Assembly (NCBI RefSeq): GCF_000012925.1
Contig: NC_007517.1
Location: forward strand, 30,001 to 62,000
DNA length: 32,000 bases
Reading direction: 5' to 3'
DNA from: Geobacter metallireducens GS-15
GTDB taxonomy: Bacteria > Desulfobacterota > Desulfuromonadia > Geobacterales > Geobacteraceae
The position numbers and the translations under genes are program-made. The notes beneath the pieces were generated by a model that saw nothing but the letters and a program-made list of their open reading frames with translations, ran no database searches and was not told the origin of the DNA. How positions within the stretch are numbered: position 1 is the first letter of the stretch; every line of letters begins with the position of its first letter. Shown here one piece after another: positions 1-10,192 of the stretch.

Positions 1-2
1 GC

Positions 3-281
3 ATGATGGACGTCTGGCACGACCCGGACTACGCCTTTGCCCGCTCGAAAGCCGAGGTGCTCCTCCTGGCGGCCCTGGACTACTCCCCCGAGAAGCACGT
101 GGTCTACGCGGCGCCCCGTCCCCCCCGGAGCATGTTCCGCCAGCTGGCGGCCCGCATGGGGAAGAAGATCGTCTACATCCCCCTCGGCTCCCTGTCGCCG
201 GTGAAGCTCAAGGGGCTGCGGGTCCTCCACATCCTCCATGGCCACGACAAGCGGGAGATCGCGAAGAACTATGTCTGGTGA
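3..281 (+). CDS. 3' fragment of a hypothetical protein (gene begins upstream of the window)
   Basis: Open frame from the window edge to TGA at 279-281. Codon usage resembles the neighbours. No recognisable motif. Confidence 0.4.
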   Translation: MMDVWHDPDYAFARSKAEVLLLAALDYSPEKHVVYAAPRPPRSMFRQLAARMGKKIVYIPLGSLSPVKLKGLRVLHILHGHDKREIAKNYVW

Positions 282-287
282 CCCTCC

Positions 288-315
288 TTGTCGAGGGCGG
301 CCGGACGGGTATACT
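288..315 (+). promoter_or_regulatory. candidate sigma70-type promoter for the sensor gene
   Basis: TTGTCG (288-293), 16-nt spacer, TATACT (310-315). GGAGG RBS at 335-339 lies before the ATG at 345. Confidence 0.3.
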
Positions 316-344
316 TGAAGCAATGTTAATGGCCGGAGGCACGC

Positions 345-1571
345 ATGTCCTGGTTTGCCAACCTGAAGATCAGCACGAAGTTCAACATCATCCTGTCGCT
401 CCTTCTGGTGTTCGTCTTCCTGGCGGCGGCCTTCTTCGTCTACCATCGGGAAAGGGCGCTCATCGACCGAATCGCCGTGGACAACGCCCGGAGCATTGCC
501 CGGCAGATCATCGAGACCCGTGACTACATCTCCAGCGTGGTAAAGGGGGAGCCCAACGAGAACTACAACCTGGTTCCCCAGGTGGTGGCCACCAACGTGG
601 CCAAGCGGCTGACCAGGGGGAGCGACTACTATGTGCGGCAGGTTTCGCTCCGGTACCGCAACCCCGACAATCGCCCCGATCCGTACGAGGAAGAGATGCT
701 CAAGCTCTTCGCGGCAAAGAAGAGCACGGAAACCTACCGCATCGTCCGGACCGACAAGGAGCAGAGCTTTCGCTACATGCTCTCGATGGTGGCGGAGAAG
801 AGCTGCCTCGAATGCCACGGCCGCTACGAGGATGCGCCACCCTTTGTCCGGGCCCGCTTCCCCAAGGGGCACTTCTCCTACAACTACCAGGTCGGCGAGG
901 TGATCGGCGCCGTGTCGGTCTCGATCCCCCTGGCCGACCTCTATCGCGAGGCCGGGACCGACTTCAGACTCGATCTGGCCACCCGGGGGCTCACCTTCTG
1001 TCTCATCATTTTCGTGATGGGATTCCTTGTCCGGCGCGCCATCATTGACCCGCTCCGGCAGGTTTCCGCCTCCATCACCCATGTCGCTGCCACCGGCAGT
1101 TTCGGCGACCGGATTCCCCAGCGCTCCCGGGACGAGATCGGCGAACTCGTGGCCGCCTTCAACGGCATGATGGAGGAGTTGGACCTCAAGACCCGCCAAC
1201 GGCTAGAGTCCGAGGACCGCTACCGCAATGTCCTGGAGATGGCCCAGTCGGCCATTGTCACCTTCCTGGCCGACGGCAAACTCATCATCACCAATCGTCG
1301 CGCTGAGGACCTCTTCGGGCTGCCCAAAGGTGAACTCCTCGGGGCATCGATCTACACCTTCCTGGCCGACGGCGACGGGGTGCGGGAGGGGATCTCGGCA
1401 TACCTGCGCGACGGGACGGGGGGATTGGTTGGTGAGACGACTTCCCGGAAAATACGGGACATCAGGGGGAGGATAACCGAGGTTGAGATGGCCCTCTCCG
1501 TTTCACGGTCGGACCATAATCCCCTCTTTACGGCAATCCTGAGGGAGCACAACCAACACTCGGTCTACTGA
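345..1571 (+). CDS. membrane sensor protein: DUF3365-like heme-c (CxxCH) extracytoplasmic domain, HAMP, PAS; no output domain
   Basis: 408-aa ORF with an N-terminal TM helix (ILSLLLVFVFLAAAFFVY) and a CLECH heme-binding motif in a DUF3365-like region. A second TM helix (GLTFCLIIFVMGFLV) follows, then a HAMP-like segment (DEIGELVAAFNGMMEEL) and a PAS-like C-terminus. The protein ends after the PAS domain. Confidence 0.8.
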   Translation: MSWFANLKISTKFNIILSLLLVFVFLAAAFFVYHRERALIDRIAVDNARSIARQIIETRDYISSVVKGEPNENYNLVPQVVATNVAKRLTRGSDYYVRQVSLRYRNPDNRPDPYEEEMLKLFAAKKSTETYRIVRTDKEQSFRYMLSMVAEKSCLECHGRYEDAPPFVRARFPKGHFSYNYQVGEVIGAVSVSIPLADLYREAGTDFRLDLATRGLTFCLIIFVMGFLVRRAIIDPLRQVSASITHVAATGSFGDRIPQRSRDEIGELVAAFNGMMEELDLKTRQRLESEDRYRNVLEMAQSAIVTFLADGKLIITNRRAEDLFGLPKGELLGASIYTFLADGDGVREGISAYLRDGTGGLVGETTSRKIRDIRGRITEVEMALSVSRSDHNPLFTAILREHNQHSVY

Positions 1572-1589
1572 AAAAGTTTCGGCACAAAA

Positions 1590-1620
1590 AGAGGGGGAAC
1601 GCTTGATGCGCTCCCCCTCT
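1590..1620. terminator. hairpin terminator between convergent sensor and DAHP synthase genes
   Basis: AGAGGGGGAACGC-TTGAT-GCGCTCCCCCTCT forms a 12-bp stem with 1 mismatch. On the minus strand it is followed by TTTTT (1585-1589). On the plus strand the T-tract is weak. Confidence 0.5.
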
Positions 1621-1849
1621 ATTGATAATCCCTCCACCATGCCGTTGGCTTGTAAGGGCCTCACAGCGAGTTCCTTACAGGTGGCAGGCTCTGTACCGCT
1701 TCAGGCAAATCCCACATGATGGGGCAGCACACCACGGTAGAAAGAACCCCCGTCTTACGTAAATGTTCCGCTGGGGCATATCAGCCTGACGCGCATGGCA
1801 GAGAGAATTCTAATATTTGTAGCTAGTTTAGCCTCCTCTCCCGGATAAA

Positions 1850-2884
1850 TCAAGGGGCTTTTTCTCCACCGTCGTCGACCCCGAGGAATGCGTTCAGGCG
1901 CCTGATTTCCTCCATGAGCAGATCAAAGCCGTGGAAGGTCAGGGATTGGGGACCGTCGGAGAGGGCCTTGTCCGGCTCCGGATGGACTTCAATCAGGACG
2001 CCGTGGGCTCCGGCCACCAGTGCCGCCTTGGCCATGGGGGCCACGAGGCTCCGCTTTCCCGTGGCGTGGGAAGGGTCCACCATGACCGGCAGGTGGGACA
2101 TCTCCCGGATGAGGGGAACCACCGCCAGGTCCAGGGTGTTGCGGGTGGCGGTCTCAAAGGTCCTGATCCCCCGCTCGCAGAGGATCACGTGGGGGTTTCC
2201 CTCGGCCAGGATGTATTCGGCGGCGGCCAGGAATTCTTCGATGGTTGCGCTCATGCCCCGCTTGAGCAGGACCGGCTTCTGGATGCGGCCAAGCTCCTTG
2301 AGGAGTTCGAAATTCTGCATGTTGCGGGCACCCACCTGGAGGAGGTCGGCGTATTCCGCCACGAGCCCCACCGTGTCGGGACTCATGACTTCGGTGACGA
2401 TGGGAAGTCCTGTTGCCTCCCGGGCCTTGGCCAGGAGCTTCAGGCCCTCTTCCCGCATTCCCTGGAAGGTATGGGGGCCGGTGCGGGGCTTGAACGCCCC
2501 TCCACGGAGAAGATCCGCCCCAGCCTTCTTGACGGCCCGGGCGGTCTTCAGGATCTGCTCCTCCCCTTCCACCGCGCAGGGGCCGGCCACCACCACCGGC
2601 CGTTTCCCCTCGCCGATGGAGATGCCACAGACCTTCACGATGGTGTTGCGGGGATGGAAGTCGCGGGAGACGAGCTTGTAGGGCTTGGAGACGTGGATCA
2701 CTTCCTGGACGCCGGGGAGGTCCCTGATGGTGGTGTCATCCACGTACCCTTTGTTGCCGAGGACCCCGATGGCGGTCCGCTCGCTCCCCGGAATCGGCGC
2801 CGCCGTAAGCCCCATGGTTTCCACCGCCTTCACAACTGCCTCGATCTGTTTCGGACCAGCCTTGTGGATCATGACGATCAGCAC
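1850..2884 (-). CDS. aroF: 3-deoxy-7-phosphoheptulonate (DAHP) synthase, type I-beta with N-terminal ferredoxin-like regulatory domain
   Basis: Motifs [34 protein letters not shown] and a Thermotoga-type N-terminal domain. GTG at 2884 is preceded by AAGGAGG 5 nt upstream, so the 394-aa ORF start at 3034 is probably an over-extension. Confidence 0.9.
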   Translation of the reverse strand: MLIVMIHKAGPKQIEAVVKAVETMGLTAAPIPGSERTAIGVLGNKGYVDDTTIRDLPGVQEVIHVSKPYKLVSRDFHPRNTIVKVCGISIGEGKRPVVVAGPCAVEGEEQILKTARAVKKAGADLLRGGAFKPRTGPHTFQGMREEGLKLLAKAREATGLPIVTEVMSPDTVGLVAEYADLLQVGARNMQNFELLKELGRIQKPVLLKRGMSATIEEFLAAAEYILAEGNPHVILCERGIRTFETATRNTLDLAVVPLIREMSHLPVMVDPSHATGKRSLVAPMAKAALVAGAHGVLIEVHPEPDKALSDGPQSLTFHGFDLLMEEIRRLNAFLGVDDGGEKAP

Positions 2885-3045
2885 GCGCCCCTCCTTTTCC
2901 AAGATTGCAGTCGTCTCATCGGAGCAACGATACCAGAGGGGGACACGGGGGTCAACGGTGCCTTGCTTTTTCGCCGGCAATGGGTAGAATGGATTCCCCG
3001 GCCGCAATGACCGGGCCACGACGTGACGGAGCATCGGGAGGACCC

Positions 3046-3330
3046 ATGAAGCTCAAGGAAGCGCAGATCGCCCGGCTCGCGGAGCAGGTGCTGGAACGGC
3101 TCATCACCGCGGGGCTCATAAACCTCAAGGCCGAGCGGGGGGTCGTCCTCGACCGGATTAAAAAAGCCGTTGCCTCCGATGCCAAGGGGGAAGAGGATCT
3201 GGAGCGGGAGGCCGAGCGCCTCCTGGAGCAGACCCTGCGCTCCATGGGGGGGGGCGTCGGCATCGACCGGCACAAGATGCTGAAGATGATCAAGGAGCGG
3301 CTGGCCAAGGAGAAGGGGATCGTCATCTGA
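3046..3330 (+). CDS. small conserved helical protein, DUF507-like (paralog 1)
   Basis: ATG at 3046 follows GGGAGG. The 94-aa charged helical protein starts [19 protein letters not shown]. The upstream part of the 141-aa ORF is Gly/Arg-rich and looks non-coding. The family label comes from memory. Confidence 0.6.
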   Translation: MKLKEAQIARLAEQVLERLITAGLINLKAERGVVLDRIKKAVASDAKGEEDLEREAERLLEQTLRSMGGGVGIDRHKMLKMIKERLAKEKGIVI

Positions 3331-3360
3331 CCCTGGCCCGCCGGCACGGAGCACGAAACC

Positions 3361-3633
3361 ATGAGCATTTCCGAAGACCGCATATCCCATCTGGCCCATC
3401 GGATCCAGGACCGGCTCTGGAAGGACGACCTGGCCGATTTCCCTGATGAGCGGCGCTCGCTGCAGTGCATCAAGGAGGCGATCTCCTCCTTCTTCGCGGT
3501 GACCGGCGAGGTGGATGCCGCCGTCCGGAAGAAGCTTGCCTCCTACGCCCAGGCCAAGGTGCCGGGGAGCCGGGAGTACGAGGTCCTCTACCAGAAATTC
3601 TACCAGGAAGAGATGGCGAAGCGGAAATGGTGA
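3361..3633 (+). CDS. small conserved helical protein, DUF507-like (paralog 2)
   Basis: 90 aa. Its pattern is visibly similar to the preceding gene (DRISHLAHRIQDRL vs [14 protein letters not shown]). The stop overlaps the next start (ATGGTGA). Confidence 0.6.
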   Translation: MSISEDRISHLAHRIQDRLWKDDLADFPDERRSLQCIKEAISSFFAVTGEVDAAVRKKLASYAQAKVPGSREYEVLYQKFYQEEMAKRKW

Positions 3634-4214
3634 GCTTTTGCTGCAGATTGACGCGCGCGCTTGTCTTTACGGCGCTTCTCGCCATCGTCTTCATGGTGCT
3701 GGCCGGCTGCGGGCCAAAAACCCAGATCAGCGTCTCCCCCTCCTTCCGCCCCGCCTCCGATGTGGAAACCGCCTATGTGGTCCCCTTTGGCGGCGCCCTG
3801 GTACCCGAGGAGTTCTCCGCCACGGTCTTCAACGATTTTGTGGACCAGCTCAACGGCCGCCGGCGCGAGACCGGGATCCGCTCCTTCGCCATCCTCAAGG
3901 ACGAGGTGAGTGCGGTGGATCCCGGCTGGCTCGCCCGCCAGTACTACATCTCCGGCGACATCTGGAGTTATGTGGAGGACTCGGGGTGCTGTTCCACCAA
4001 TATCCGGGTCAAGGCCCGCGTTTACGTCCATGAGCCCGGGAGGAGCATCCCGTCGGTGGAGATCTTCGTTCCCATGGAGAGCTTCTTCGACCATGACCGC
4101 TCCACCATCGACCGGGAGCGGGGCCGCCTTGCCCGGGATCTTGCCCGGGACCTCTCCCAGAAGGTACTTGCCGCCATGGCGCCGCTACGTCCCCCCGTGT
4201 CTTCTTCCCCCTGA
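3627..4214 (+). CDS. lipoprotein of unknown function
   Basis: The start at 3627 is translationally coupled to the previous gene. Signal peptide with lipobox LAGC (MVSFCCRLTRALVFTALLAIVFMVLAGCG). 195 aa. Confidence 0.7.
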   Translation: MVSFCCRLTRALVFTALLAIVFMVLAGCGPKTQISVSPSFRPASDVETAYVVPFGGALVPEEFSATVFNDFVDQLNGRRRETGIRSFAILKDEVSAVDPGWLARQYYISGDIWSYVEDSGCCSTNIRVKARVYVHEPGRSIPSVEIFVPMESFFDHDRSTIDRERGRLARDLARDLSQKVLAAMAPLRPPVSSSP

Positions 4215-4234
4215 AATTTTTTTTGCAAATGACC

Positions 4235-4263
4235 TTGATTTTTGCCCGGGGGGTGACTATAGT
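4235..4263 (+). promoter_or_regulatory. sigma70-type promoter of groES-groEL
   Basis: TTGATT (4235-4240), 17-nt spacer, TATAGT (4258-4263), immediately upstream of the CIRCE operator. Confidence 0.65.
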
Positions 4264-4272
4264 TACTTCGCG

Positions 4273-4299
4273 TTAGCACTCAGCTGTATCGAGTGCTAA
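4273..4299 (+). promoter_or_regulatory. CIRCE operator (HrcA binding site)
   Basis: Perfect TTAGCACTC-N9-GAGTGCTAA inverted repeat between the promoter and groES. Confidence 0.9.
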
Positions 4300-4353
4300 T
4301 TTTTTTCGATGAAATCACGTGAGCATACTCATGAAAGAAAGGAGAAGCTGCAG

Positions 4354-4641
4354 ATGAAACTCAGACCGTTGCAGGACCGCATCCTCGTGAAGAGAATCGA
4401 GGAGGAGCAAGTTACCGCCGGAGGGATCTTCATCCCCGACACCGCCAAGGAGAAGCCCCAGCGCGGCGAGATCGTGGCCGTCGGCAATGGCAAGAAGACC
4501 GAAGACGGCAAGGTGATCCCCATCGACCTGAAGGTGGGCGACAAGGTGCTCTTCGGCAAGTACGCCGGCACCGACATCAAGGTCGAGGGCGAAGACTTCC
4601 TGATTATGAGGGAAGACGACATCCTCGGCGTCATCGAATAG
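4354..4641 (+). CDS. groES: co-chaperonin GroES
   Basis: [18 protein letters not shown]...[22 protein letters not shown] upstream of the ATG at 4354. 95 aa. Confidence 0.97.
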   Translation: MKLRPLQDRILVKRIEEEQVTAGGIFIPDTAKEKPQRGEIVAVGNGKKTEDGKVIPIDLKVGDKVLFGKYAGTDIKVEGEDFLIMREDDILGVIE

Positions 4642-4732
4642 AGTGGCCGGCTTCGCCGAAGGTCCATCCGGAGCCTTTGGCCGTGCCATGAAACAGCATA
4701 GATAACAACATACGAAGACGAAGATTAAATAG

Positions 4733-6388
<1,656 letters not shown>

Positions 6389-6417
6389 ATCATTCCGGCT
6401 CATTCCGGTTGAACATG

Positions 6418-6450
6418 AAAAGGGGAAGGACTTCGGTCTTTCCCCTTTTT
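6418..6450 (+). terminator. rho-independent terminator of groESL
   Basis: AAAAGGGGAAGGAC-TTCG-GTCTTTCCCCTTTT stem of about 10 bp plus A-U extension with one G-U pair, followed by a T5 tract. Confidence 0.85.
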
Positions 6451-6668
6451 CTGTTTCCGGCCTTTTGCCATCCCGTTTCTATAGAGTGGTTAAAACATAA
6501 CGCTCTGGAATGGCAGCATATATCATCGAGAAAAAAATGCTGTGCCGGCCTTGGCTGCCCGAAAAAATGTGTATACTTAATTGGCGCCAAGGGTTGCCCC
6601 GCGACCCGCACTTTTCGGGCTGGTGAAGACGCTCTTCGCCTGCCCGCGTTCCGAGGGGGGAGAAAACG

Positions 6669-8729
6669 ATGAACGGTACCGGCACCGTGACGCTTCGCGA
6701 TCACATCGCTGCGGTCAAGGAGGGGAAACTCCGCTTCGAGAATGCCTTCCAGGGGGTGACTCGGATGATCCTGGAGCAGGGGGTCGACAAGGTTGTGGTC
6801 AACGGCCGCACCACCTACGATTTCCGGATCTTCCGCACCGGCCGCAAGCACCCCGTCGGCATGTACGACGAGATAAACAGCTTCGTCTCCTTCGTGAAGG
6901 ACGCGGCCGAGGGGGGCTCCTCCAAGGAGATGGCTTTCGTCCTGGTGGGAGAGCCGGGCAACGGCAAGACCTTCTTCGTGGAGTATGTCTGCGGCCGCTA
7001 CCGGGAGTTCCTGTCGAAGCCCGAGAACCGGCGACATTCCTTCCGTTACACGGGGATGGCGCAGCTGGGGAGCTACGGGAAGATCGACATTATCGAGTCC
7101 CAGACCTACGAGGATCCCATGGTGCTCGCCATGAACCTCTTCGAGTCACGGGACGAGGCCACGGAGTTCCTGGCCCGGGAGTTCGGCTTCACCGACAAGG
7201 AGCTGCAGCGCCTGGCCGACAACTACCGTCCCCTGGGGGCCTGCTCCAGCTACATCCTCAACGACATTCGCACCTTCACCGGCGGCAACATCGAAGAGAT
7301 GCTGAAGTTCATCGAGGTGATTCCGGTCCCCCTAACCGAGACCCTCGGAACCGTCACCGGCAAATACGCGGCCAAGGACAAGATCACCTCCAGCGCCGTG
7401 GACCTTCTGGGTGAGGAGTCGATCCAGCGGCTTCTCCACATCACCGACATCAACAACCCCTACCGCTTCGATCTCCGCCGCGGCGCCCTGGCTCGGGTGG
7501 CCGGCGGCGGCATCCACTTCTCCGACGAGATCTACAAGAACAAGAAGGATCTGGTGCAGGTCTACCTGGGGGTCATCCAGAACCGGGTCATCGAGATCGA
7601 CGGCTACCGCTGGCCCATCGACACCCTCATCATCGCCACCAGCAACAACGCCGAGTTCAACCGGTACCTCTCCGAGAAGGAAGAGGCTCCCATTATCGAC
7701 CGCTGCCGCATCTGCTACGTCTCCCACAACACCAACTACCGGATGCAGGAGCAGCTCACCACCTACGCCATCGGCGGCGAGACCAAGACCACCCTGAACC
7801 GGGAGGAGCTCCACCAGGACCCGAACCTGAACTACGCCGCCTGCGTGGGGGTGGTGCTCACGCGGCTTCCCCGCTCCGAGAAGCTCACCCCCATCGAGGC
7901 CATGAAGTTGGCCGCCGGCGAGATCGCCGGGGAGAAGAGCCTCAAGACCCTGGCCGAGGTGGTGGACATCCTCAGCCAGGAGCAGGACGTCACCAAGCGC
8001 TTTGGCCAGAAGGGGCTCGGCCAGCGGAACCTGGGGCGGGCCGTGCAACTCCTCGTGGAGAGCTCGGAAACCAACGAGGGGCGCTGCATGGTGGCCTACG
8101 ACGTGTTCAAGTCCCTGGAGCGGATCGTTCTCGATTATGTCCCCGACCAGAACGACCGGGCCAAGTATCTGGAGGACCTGAAGATAGCCAAGGGGCTCTA
8201 CCGCGAGCGGATCATGACTGAGATGTTCAACGCCTACATGGACGAGCCTTACGCCGTCAAGAAGGACGTCATGAACTACGTGAACATGATCATCGGCATC
8301 GACGCGGAGAGTCTCGGCCCCGACCGGATGTGGAAGTACAAGGATCCCCAGACCGGCGAGCTGAAGGCCCTGAAGATCGATGAGCGCTACGTGAAGAACG
8401 TGGAGGACCGGCTTGGCCTCAAGACCGACGAGCAGCGGGAGAGCTTCCGCACCTCCATTCGCAAGATCTACGGCCAGAAGATATCGGTGGATTCCACCTA
8501 CGACTTCATGGACAACCTGGAGTTGGTGAAGGCGGTGACCGATGTGCGGCTCAAGAGCGACATCGCCGGTGCCGGGAGCCTCATCGGCGCCCTGGCCAAC
8601 CGGACCAACGAGGAGAACCAGAAGCTCTACGACCGGATGGTTGACACCATGCTGAAGAAGCTGGGCTACTGCCGGACCTGCGCCCAGAAGACCATAGAGT
8701 ACTTCTGCACGCAGGAAGACGAGATCTAG
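6669..8729 (+). CDS. prkA: PrkA-family AAA+ protein (serine protein kinase PrkA/YeaG family)
   Basis: 686 aa with Walker A VGEPGNGKTFF and a GGIHFSDEIYK Walker-B-like segment. It precedes yeaH-like and spoVR genes, the conserved genomic context. GGGGGGAG RBS. Confidence 0.9.
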   Translation: MNGTGTVTLRDHIAAVKEGKLRFENAFQGVTRMILEQGVDKVVVNGRTTYDFRIFRTGRKHPVGMYDEINSFVSFVKDAAEGGSSKEMAFVLVGEPGNGKTFFVEYVCGRYREFLSKPENRRHSFRYTGMAQLGSYGKIDIIESQTYEDPMVLAMNLFESRDEATEFLAREFGFTDKELQRLADNYRPLGACSSYILNDIRTFTGGNIEEMLKFIEVIPVPLTETLGTVTGKYAAKDKITSSAVDLLGEESIQRLLHITDINNPYRFDLRRGALARVAGGGIHFSDEIYKNKKDLVQVYLGVIQNRVIEIDGYRWPIDTLIIATSNNAEFNRYLSEKEEAPIIDRCRICYVSHNTNYRMQEQLTTYAIGGETKTTLNREELHQDPNLNYAACVGVVLTRLPRSEKLTPIEAMKLAAGEIAGEKSLKTLAEVVDILSQEQDVTKRFGQKGLGQRNLGRAVQLLVESSETNEGRCMVAYDVFKSLERIVLDYVPDQNDRAKYLEDLKIAKGLYRERIMTEMFNAYMDEPYAVKKDVMNYVNMIIGIDAESLGPDRMWKYKDPQTGELKALKIDERYVKNVEDRLGLKTDEQRESFRTSIRKIYGQKISVDSTYDFMDNLELVKAVTDVRLKSDIAGAGSLIGALANRTNEENQKLYDRMVDTMLKKLGYCRTCAQKTIEYFCTQEDEI

Positions 8730-8783
8730 ATAGAAACGCGGCTTTTCCGCAATCTCTGCGTTGATCTTCATAATTGCTTGTGC

Positions 8784-8802
8784 GGCGTAGCGCTGCTACG
8801 CC
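8784..8802 (+). promoter_or_regulatory. intercistronic stem-loop (prkA / yeaH spacer)
   Basis: GGCGTAGC-GCT-GCTACGCC is a perfect 8-bp stem with no T-tract. It is nested inside a 9-bp long-range inverted repeat, ATAGAAACG (8730-8738) / CGTTTCTAT (8845-8853). Confidence 0.5.
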
Positions 8803-8869
8803 TCCGCGCAATCATTCGATCGCCTTGACCTTGCGAACAATCCACGTTTCTATACGGTCTGAAACCAAC

Positions 8870-10108
8870 ATGAAAAACGAAGACTCCAAAATCTTTAAAA
8901 TATGGGACATCTCCTCCCTTGCCCCCGGGCCTGAAGGGTCCTACACCACCCGGATTCGCTCCCTGGATGAACTTCTGGAGCGGGACCGGCTCCGGGAAGA
9001 GGACGGCTTTCCGCGCAAGATCCGGATCGGCAAGCTCATCAAGCCGGGTAAGGGGAAACAGGAGAAGTTCGTGGTGGTTCCCACCACGGTGGAAGAGAAG
9101 TTCATGCACGACCGGGCCCCCACTCCTCCCGAAGAGGAGGAACCCATGGGGGGGACCGGCGACGAGGCGGAAGGGGATATCCTTGGCGAGCAGCCGGTCC
9201 GCCCCGAGCAGGGGGCGGGAAGCGGCACCGCGGGGCACGGTGGCGGCGAGGGGCATGAACTGGAGTCATCGGCCTACGACCTGGGGCGGATTCTGACGGA
9301 GCGGTTCAATCTGCCGAACCTGAAGGAAAAGGGGAAGAAGAGCTCCCTCTCCCACTACACCTACGACCTCACCGACCGCAACCGGGGCTTCGGCCAGATC
9401 CTCGAAAAGAAGCAGACCCTCAAGCGGGTCATCGAGACCAACATCGCCCTGGGGAACATCGATGATGTGACCAACATCGACACGACCCGCCTCCTCATCG
9501 ACCCCCGGGACCGAATCTTCCGGATCCTCTCCCGGGAACTGGAGTACGAGTCCCAGGCCCTCGTCTTCTTCGTCCGCGACTATTCCGGATCCATGGAGGG
9601 GAAGGCGTCGGAGGTGATCTGCTCCCAGCACGTGCTCATCTACAGCTGGCTCCTCTACCAGTTCGCCAGGCAGGTGGAGACCCGCTTCGTCCTCCATGAC
9701 AACGACGCCCGGGAGGTCCCCGACTTCTACACCTACTACAACCTCCGGGTTGCCGGGGGAACGAGGGTGGCGGCGGCCTACAAGATGGTGAACGACATCG
9801 TGGAGCAGGAGAGCCTTGCCAAGGATTACAACATCTACGTCTTCCACGGCACCGACGGCGACGACTGGGACACCAACGGCGAGGAGACCATTCCCGAACT
9901 GCGGCGGATGCTCACCTACACCAACCGGGTGGGGATCACCATCGCCGAGCATAACGCCTACGGCTCCCGCGGGGCCACCGAGGTGGAGCGGTACCTGAAG
10001 GGGTCGGGGCTCCTGGATGAAAAGCCGGAGTTTTTGCGCATGGATGTGATGGGAGAGGATGCCGACGAGACGCGGATTATCGATGGGATAAAACGTTTGA
10101 TTTCTTAG
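8870..10108 (+). CDS. yeaH: YeaH/YhbH family protein (DUF444, vWA-like)
   Basis: 412 aa from the ATG at 8870 (MKNEDSKIFKIWD). MIDAS-like DYSGSM motif. Conserved position between prkA and spoVR. The longer ORF start at 8774 lies inside the structured spacer. Confidence 0.85.
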   Translation: MKNEDSKIFKIWDISSLAPGPEGSYTTRIRSLDELLERDRLREEDGFPRKIRIGKLIKPGKGKQEKFVVVPTTVEEKFMHDRAPTPPEEEEPMGGTGDEAEGDILGEQPVRPEQGAGSGTAGHGGGEGHELESSAYDLGRILTERFNLPNLKEKGKKSSLSHYTYDLTDRNRGFGQILEKKQTLKRVIETNIALGNIDDVTNIDTTRLLIDPRDRIFRILSRELEYESQALVFFVRDYSGSMEGKASEVICSQHVLIYSWLLYQFARQVETRFVLHDNDAREVPDFYTYYNLRVAGGTRVAAAYKMVNDIVEQESLAKDYNIYVFHGTDGDDWDTNGEETIPELRRMLTYTNRVGITIAEHNAYGSRGATEVERYLKGSGLLDEKPEFLRMDVMGEDADETRIIDGIKRLIS

Positions 10109-10120
10109 GTGTCATAGGGT

Positions 10121-10178
10121 AGGGGCGCTGCTTGCCGCGCCCGTCACCGGATGCAAGGGCGCAGCAAGCGGCGCCCCT
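10121..10178 (+). promoter_or_regulatory. long GC-rich intercistronic hairpin (yeaH / spoVR spacer)
   Basis: The 22-nt arms AGGGGCGCTGCTTGCCGCGCCC (10121-10142) and GGGCGCAGCAAGCGGCGCCCCT (10157-10178) pair with one U-G and one C-A position. Loop is 14 nt and no T-tract follows. Confidence 0.6.
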
Positions 10179-10192
10179 CCATAGACCTGAAT

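Noticed and set aside
2885-3045. Longer N-terminal extensions of the DAHP synthase ORF (start 3034) and the first DUF507-like ORF (start 2905), which would overlap each other.
   Set aside because: Internal starts have strong SD sequences (AAGGAGG before the GTG at 2884; GGGAGG before the ATG at 3046). The extensions are compositionally non-coding and are not part of the known family N-termini. The same reasoning applies to 3465, 4309, 8774, 17778, 21585, 23870, 25647 and 27475.
6581-6598. Possible sigma54 promoter TTGGCGCCAAGGGTTGCC upstream of prkA.
   Set aside because: The GG and GC elements are separated by 11 nt rather than the strictly conserved 10, so it does not fit the -24/-12 geometry. 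A TATACT at 6572-6577 has only a poor -35 (15-nt spacer). The prkA promoter remains unassigned.
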